Below, one piece after another: positions 27,000-32,000 of a stretch of 32,000 nt of DNA; the first letter of the stretch is position 1, and each line of letters starts with the position of its first letter. Source of the DNA: Promethearchaeia archaeon (GTDB lineage Archaea > Asgardarchaeota > Lokiarchaeia > Sigyniarchaeales > SOKP01); NCBI GenBank assembly GCA_046497275.1, contig JAWOFX010000148.1, positions 2,525 through 34,524 of the forward strand, written 5' to 3'. The notes below the pieces were generated by a model, which saw only the letters and a list, made by a program, of their open reading frames with translations, was not told the DNA's origin and searched no databases. The position numbers and the translations under genes were made by a program.

Positions 27000-27317
27000 T
27001 TAATCTAAGCTTGCTCCACATTGAGAGCAGATTTTTTGATTCTTTTCAACTTTTGCACCGCAATATTGACAGATGGGGGGTTCTGATTTTTTTATATATG
27101 TATTTTCCGAATCAATAGCACTTTCGGAGGTTTTCGGTTTCGCTCTGTAAGGATTAGATTCCGAACTTACTATTTCTTCTTTACTACCCCCAAAGAAAAA
27201 TTTAAAAATGAATATAATAACTATAATGAAAATAACCACAATGCCTATAAGGATAATTGTGAAAAAGATGAAAAAGGGACCAAAAATTGCACTTAAGTCG
27301 GGAAATTGAGAAATCAT
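27000..27317 (-). CDS. Single-pass membrane protein with a C-terminal zinc ribbon
   Basis: One long hydrophobic helix, a polar linker, then CQYC...CSQC. Confidence 0.8.
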   Translation of the reverse strand: MISQFPDLSAIFGPFFIFFTIILIGIVVIFIIVIIFIFKFFFGGSKEEIVSSESNPYRAKPKTSESAIDSENTYIKKSEPPICQYCGAKVEKNQKICSQCGASLD

Positions 27318-27467
27318 TTTCTATTTCAAAAATATAGTATATTTTGAATATGTGGGTTATATAAGATCTTAATAAAAATATTAGCATGAATTTATTTAAG
27401 TTTTAGTTTGAAAATTTTAGAAGCTCGCAATAAAGAATAATTTTTCATGAAAAAGTATATAGTCGAC

Positions 27468-27995
27468 CTATATTTCAATTATTTTAAATTCAATATTATC
27501 TCTTGTAAGCGTAAGTATACCATATGAATTCACATCAGTAAATCGCTTATCAGTCGGAGTGCCAGGGTTAAGATACAGTATTCCATCGTGTTCCTCGTTT
27601 ATGGGATGGTGGATATGTCCGAAAATCACGATATCATAACCAGATAAATCATACTTTTTGTTTAATCGTTGAATAATTCCTTTAGGACCTCCGCTACCAT
27701 GGGTTAAAAATATTTTATACTCCATTAATTCTATTTCCCGGGTTTCTGGTAATAATTTGTTAATATCATTCCCATCCATATTTCCAGAAATTCCAAAAAC
27801 ATTTTCTTTTCCGAAGGTCTCAATAAGTTTTTTATAGACCTCTATGTTTGTGAAATCCCCCAAGTGGATAACATACTCAACATTTCTTTTTTTAAAGTCA
27901 TTTATGATTACTTCAGGTATGTGGGGACCTCTGGAGGGAATATGGGTATCAGATAAGATCCCAACTTTTATTTGATTAGGTGAGTGTTCACTCAT
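27468..27995 (-). CDS. YfcE/MJ0936 (Vps29-like) metallophosphoesterase
   Basis: SDTH, HLGD, GNMD, THG, GHIH and NPG motifs. Confidence 0.92.
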   Translation of the reverse strand: MSEHSPNQIKVGILSDTHIPSRGPHIPEVIINDFKKRNVEYVIHLGDFTNIEVYKKLIETFGKENVFGISGNMDGNDINKLLPETREIELMEYKIFLTHGSGGPKGIIQRLNKKYDLSGYDIVIFGHIHHPINEEHDGILYLNPGTPTDKRFTDVNSYGILTLTRDNIEFKIIEI

Positions 27996-28061
27996 AGATA
28001 TGATAATTATTTATGAATTTTAATTATTTCAAAAAGAGGATATTTTAATAAATTCTCTAAT

Positions 28062-30488
28062 TTATAACTTCTTTTGACATTTCCCGATCGCAGAAACGCT
28101 ATCATCTTCATATAAGTTTATTACCCGAACTCCTTTTGCCTTTCTATGAGTGATTCGAATAGAATCCACAGGTAAACGTATTACTTGCCCTTGTTCAGTT
28201 CCTACAATAATATCCTTTTCTCGTGCTATTCGAACTGCAATTACTTGGTCGTTTTCATTCAAACTAATATTTATCACACCTTTAGCAGCCCTTCCTGTTT
28301 TCCTATATTCTTTTATGTATGTGCGCTGTCCCGAGCCCTTTTCTGTGATTGTTAACACAATATCATCATCTGTGACAAGTAAGGAATCGACCACTTCATC
28401 TCCATCACGGAGATCTGCTCCTTTCACACCAATCGCATTTCTCCCTAAGTCACGTAATTCTGATTCGTCGAAACGTATCGCATACCCTTTTTTAGTCGCG
28501 ATAAATATATCTTGCATTTCGTTTGAGAGTTTCTTTACGCTAACCAATTTATCATCCTTACGTATACGTTGCGCTCGAATTCCAGTGCTCTGAACTTTTG
28601 AAAATAATTTCAATCGGATTTTTTTAACAATCCCATTTTTGGTAACCATTATCAATCGCTCATTGGTATTAAAGTTATTTATAGGGATCATTTCAGAAAT
28701 CTCTTCATCATCTCTTAATTTAAGAATATTAACAATTGGTTTTCCCTTAGCTGTCCGGGTTTGTGAAGGGATTTCAAAGCATCTAATTGAATAAATACGT
28801 CCTTTTGAGGTAAAAAATAGAATAGTATCATGTGTGGAACATACGAATAAGTCATTGATGAAATCCTCCTCATCTACATCCATCCCTTTCTTTCCTCTCC
28901 CACCTCTATGCTGTGTTCTGTATTCTTTTATAGAAATCCGCTTGATGTAATGATTTTTTGTTAAAATAACAATTGTAGGTTCCTTTTTAATTAAGTCCTT
29001 CTTTGTAATGTTCTTTATTGCTTTTTGTTCAATAATTTGTGTTCTACGTTCATCTCCATAATTTTTACTCACTTCTGCAAGTTCTTGCTTAATTATTGCA
29101 AGTCTTCTTTTCTCACTTCCCAATATATCTTCATATTCTTTTATGTTTGCATGTAATTCTTTCTCTTCATCAAATAATTTTTGCTGCTCTAAATTTGTCA
29201 ATCGAGAGAGTGGCATACTCAATATAGCTTTAACTTGAATCTCTGAGAGTTTATATTTATCCATTAATTTCTGTTCAGCATCGTTTCTGTCAGAAGCTGT
29301 TTTTATGATATTAACTACATTATCAATATCATTTAGTGCAATTATGAGGCCCTCAACTTTATGAAGCCGTTTTTTCGCTTTTTTTAATTCATATTGGTTT
29401 CTTCGATAGATGATATCTAATCTATGATCTATATACTCTTGAATCATTTCTTTGAGGGTAAGAATCTTTGGTTGTTTACCCTCATTTATTAAAACTAAAT
29501 TTATGATATTAAAACTCGTAAATAATCGTGATCGCTTATATAAGACATTTTCAATTATTTTAGGCTGAGCTTTCCTGGTTAAATCTAAAACTATTCTCAT
29601 ACCCTTTCTATCGGATTCATCTCGTAGATCTGAAACATCTTTTATGACACCATCTTTAATTAACTTTGCAATTTGTTCGATTAATGAGGATTTATTTATT
29701 AAATATGGTATTTCAGTAATCACTAATCTTCGTACATTTCCTTTCTCTTCTAATTCCACTTTTCCTTTAACTGGAATGCTTCCTGTTCCTGTTGAAAAGG
29801 CGTTATATATCCCAGTGGTGTTCGTAATTATTCCTCCTGTAGGGAAATCTGGACCTTTAATAATTTCCATTAATTCTTCAATGGAAATATCGGGATTATC
29901 AATGGTCGATATAATTCCTTGACATACTTCTATTAAATTGTGGGGAGCCATTGAAGTTGACATGCCTACAGCGATTCCTTTTGTTCCATTTATTAACACA
30001 TTAGGTAATTTTGAAGGTAAACATAATGGTTCCTCTAAACTATTATCGAAGTTTGGCTGGAAATCGACCGTTTCTCGATCTATATCCTCCACCATCTCAT
30101 TCGCTATCTGAGAAAGTCTCGTCTCCGTATATCGCATCGCGGCTGGAGGATCTCCATCAATTGAGCCAAAATTTCCTTGCGGATCAATTAAAGGATATCG
30201 CATTGAAAAATCTTGAGCCATACGTACTAAACTGTTATACACTGCCGCATCTCCGTGAGGATGATATTTTCCAAGCGTGTCTCCCACAATTCTTGCGGAC
30301 TTTACATGTGGTCGGTTATAGAAGTGATTATTATCGGTCATAGACCAGATGATACGGCGGTGAACCGGTTTTAATCCGTCTCTGACGTCAGGTATGGCTC
30401 TTCCAACTACTACTGACATTGCATAGTCAATATAGCTGCTTTCCATCTCTTCCTTTAATCGAATATCTTTAATATTTTCTATTGTCAA
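28062..30488 (-). CDS. gyrA: DNA gyrase subunit A
   Basis: PDVRDGLKPVHRR, KSARIVG, HPHGD, AAMRYTE (catalytic Tyr), GyrA-box QHRGGRG and C-terminal pinwheel repeats. TTG start. Confidence 0.97.
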   Translation of the reverse strand: MTIENIKDIRLKEEMESSYIDYAMSVVVGRAIPDVRDGLKPVHRRIIWSMTDNNHFYNRPHVKSARIVGDTLGKYHPHGDAAVYNSLVRMAQDFSMRYPLIDPQGNFGSIDGDPPAAMRYTETRLSQIANEMVEDIDRETVDFQPNFDNSLEEPLCLPSKLPNVLINGTKGIAVGMSTSMAPHNLIEVCQGIISTIDNPDISIEELMEIIKGPDFPTGGIITNTTGIYNAFSTGTGSIPVKGKVELEEKGNVRRLVITEIPYLINKSSLIEQIAKLIKDGVIKDVSDLRDESDRKGMRIVLDLTRKAQPKIIENVLYKRSRLFTSFNIINLVLINEGKQPKILTLKEMIQEYIDHRLDIIYRRNQYELKKAKKRLHKVEGLIIALNDIDNVVNIIKTASDRNDAEQKLMDKYKLSEIQVKAILSMPLSRLTNLEQQKLFDEEKELHANIKEYEDILGSEKRRLAIIKQELAEVSKNYGDERRTQIIEQKAIKNITKKDLIKKEPTIVILTKNHYIKRISIKEYRTQHRGGRGKKGMDVDEEDFINDLFVCSTHDTILFFTSKGRIYSIRCFEIPSQTRTAKGKPIVNILKLRDDEEISEMIPINNFNTNERLIMVTKNGIVKKIRLKLFSKVQSTGIRAQRIRKDDKLVSVKKLSNEMQDIFIATKKGYAIRFDESELRDLGRNAIGVKGADLRDGDEVVDSLLVTDDDIVLTITEKGSGQRTYIKEYRKTGRAAKGVINISLNENDQVIAVRIAREKDIIVGTEQGQVIRLPVDSIRITHRKAKGVRVINLYEDDSVSAIGKCQKKL

Positions 30489-30536
30489 TAATTAGCACTC
30501 TCTTGTTTTAGAATATTAAATTTCAAAAATGAAAGA

Positions 30537-32000
30537 TTAGATGTCTAATACATTAACTTCATCATAATTATTAATAATAAATTTCTTTCGAGGGGTAACT
30601 TCTTTTCCCATCAATCTTGTAAAAACATTATCTGTTTCTAAATGATCCTCATATACAACCCTTTTTAATATTCGAGTATCTTTATTCATTGTGGTTCGAT
30701 AAAGTTCATCTGGAGACATCTCCCCTAATCCTTTATAGCGTTTTAATTTAATAGAACTTGTATCTTCAAGATCATACTTTTCCACTAACTCTTTCATTAC
30801 TTTTTCCTTTTCTTTATCAGTATATACATATTGCTCTGATTTTCTATAACTTAATTTATATAAAGGAGGTGCTGCGACATATAAATTTCCATTGTCTATT
30901 ATTGGTCGCATATATCTAAAAAAGAATGTTAAAAGAAGAGTTTCAATATGTGCTCCATCAACATCAGCATCGCAGAAGATAATAACCTTATGATACCTTA
31001 ATTTGTCAATATCAAAATCTTCTTCGCTTACCCCTTGAATTCCGACTCCTAACGCTTTTATAATTGCTTGTATCTCATTGTTTCTTAAAATTCTATCTAT
31101 CCGTGCTTTCTCAACATTTAGGATTTTTCCTCGAATTGGTAATATTGCTTGACTCCGCCTATCTCTTCCTTGCTTTGCTGAACCTCCTGCTGAATCTCCT
31201 TCAACAATAAAGATTTCACATTCTTCTGGATTATTAGATGAGCAATCAGCCAACTTTCCTGGCATTCGGGCATTATCCAAAGCAGATTTGCGACGAATTA
31301 ACTGTCGAGCTTTTTTCGCAGCTTCACGAGCCTTTTTTGCATCAATAGATTTTTGAACTATTGACTTTCCGATTGAAGGACTTTGTTCTAAAAATTTCAT
31401 TAAGCCCTCAGAAAGTATTTGACTAACCGCTTGCCTTGCTTCAGGATTTCCTAATTTAATTTTTGTCTGACTTTCAAATTGTGGATCTGGAAGCTTTACA
31501 GAAATAACAGCTGAAAGCCCTTCCCTTGTATCACTGCCACTTAATGTGATATCTTGGTACTTTTTAGCCATATATTCTTCAATATAACCATTTATAGTAC
31601 GAGTTAATGAAGATTTAAATCCAGTTAGATGGGTGCCCCCTTCAATGGTATTTATAGTATTACAATAAGTAAGTAGATTTGTTTGATACCCCTGGGTATA
31701 TTGCATAGCAATTTCTACTTCAATCGGCTCTCCATTTTCATCATAACTATCTTGAAAATGAATTATTTGATTATGTAATGGTTTTTTATCTTGATTTAAG
31801 TGTGAAATGAATTCTTTAAGGCCACCTTCATAATGGAATAATTGTCGCTCTTCAGTGATTCTATTGTATATCTCGAATTTGGATTGTGGAGTTAAAAAAG
31901 CTAATTCTCTCATCCTATTTGCAATGGTTGCAAAATTGAAAGTTGACTCCTCCTCTTCATCGAAAGTAAAGATCTCTGGATCGGGATAAAATCTAATGAG
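30537..32000 (-). CDS. gyrB: DNA gyrase subunit B (5'-truncated by the window edge)
   Basis: The frame is open to base 32000 (LIRFYPDPEIF...) upstream of the track ATG. EGGTHLTGF, PGKLADC, EGDSAGG, PIRGKILN, DADVDGAHI and YKGLGEM motifs. Confidence 0.97.
   Translation of the reverse strand, partial: LIRFYPDPEIFTFDEEEESTFNFATIANRMRELAFLTPQSKFEIYNRITEERQLFHYEGGLKEFISHLNQDKKPLHNQIIHFQDSYDENGEPIEVEIAMQYTQGYQTNLLTYCNTINTIEGGTHLTGFKSSLTRTINGYIEEYMAKKYQDITLSGSDTREGLSAVISVKLPDPQFESQTKIKLGNPEARQAVSQILSEGLMKFLEQSPSIGKSIVQKSIDAKKAREAAKKARQLIRRKSALDNARMPGKLADCSSNNPEECEIFIVEGDSAGGSAKQGRDRRSQAILPIRGKILNVEKARIDRILRNNEIQAIIKALGVGIQGVSEEDFDIDKLRYHKVIIFCDADVDGAHIETLLLTFFFRYMRPIIDNGNLYVAAPPLYKLSYRKSEQYVYTDKEKEKVMKELVEKYDLEDTSSIKLKRYKGLGEMSPDELYRTTMNKDTRILKRVVYEDHLETDNVFTRLMGKEVTPRKKFIINNYDEVNVLDI

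Noticed and set aside
27468-27995. Retromer Vps29 as a eukaryotic signature protein
   Set aside because: All metal ligands are intact as in the widespread prokaryotic YfcE/MJ0936 family, and no Vps26 or Vps35 lies nearby.
656-30343. About 23 short ORFs in the track that overlap longer genes (e.g. 656-865, 5234-5503, 10410-10673, 11807-12214, 21627-21914, 28150-28593)
   Set aside because: They are antisense or off-frame shadows of genes with clear family motifs and show no protein-like signal.
1-32000. CRISPR array, rRNA, IS elements
   Set aside because: No regularly spaced repeats, structured GC-rich long RNA, terminal inverted repeats or transposase were seen.
28062-32000. Gyrase in an archaeon as a novelty
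   Set aside because: Bacterial-type gyrase is already known in several archaeal groups, including Asgard lineages.

Overview
AT-rich window from an Asgard archaeon, most likely Lokiarchaeia/Promethearchaeia. The assignment is inferred from intron-containing archaeal tRNAs, an actin-related protein, a gelsolin-domain protein, a roadblock protein, an MglA-like small GTPase, tungsten AOR and bacterial-type gyrase. About 27 CDSs (two cut by the window edges) and two intron-containing tRNAs (Thr-GGT; elongator Met-CAT with two introns) are supported. No CRISPR array, rRNA or mobile element was seen. The most interesting part is the co-oriented block at 8.6-18.1 kb. It holds (i) gelsolin-X, roadblock and a 3x Cdc48-N-like / proline-rich / vWA protein, and (ii) a four-gene unit of coiled-coil protein, divergent Arp, alpha-solenoid fused to a catalytically dead CHAT (caspase-fold) domain, and leucine zipper fused to a dead PLD-fold domain. 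Other points: the small GTPase apparently starts at AUU, one of two tandem YhhN paralogs lacks both catalytic Asp residues, both tRNA T-loops have U58, and GyrA carries Ala83/Asn87. All family calls come from motifs recognised by eye; no database search was run.
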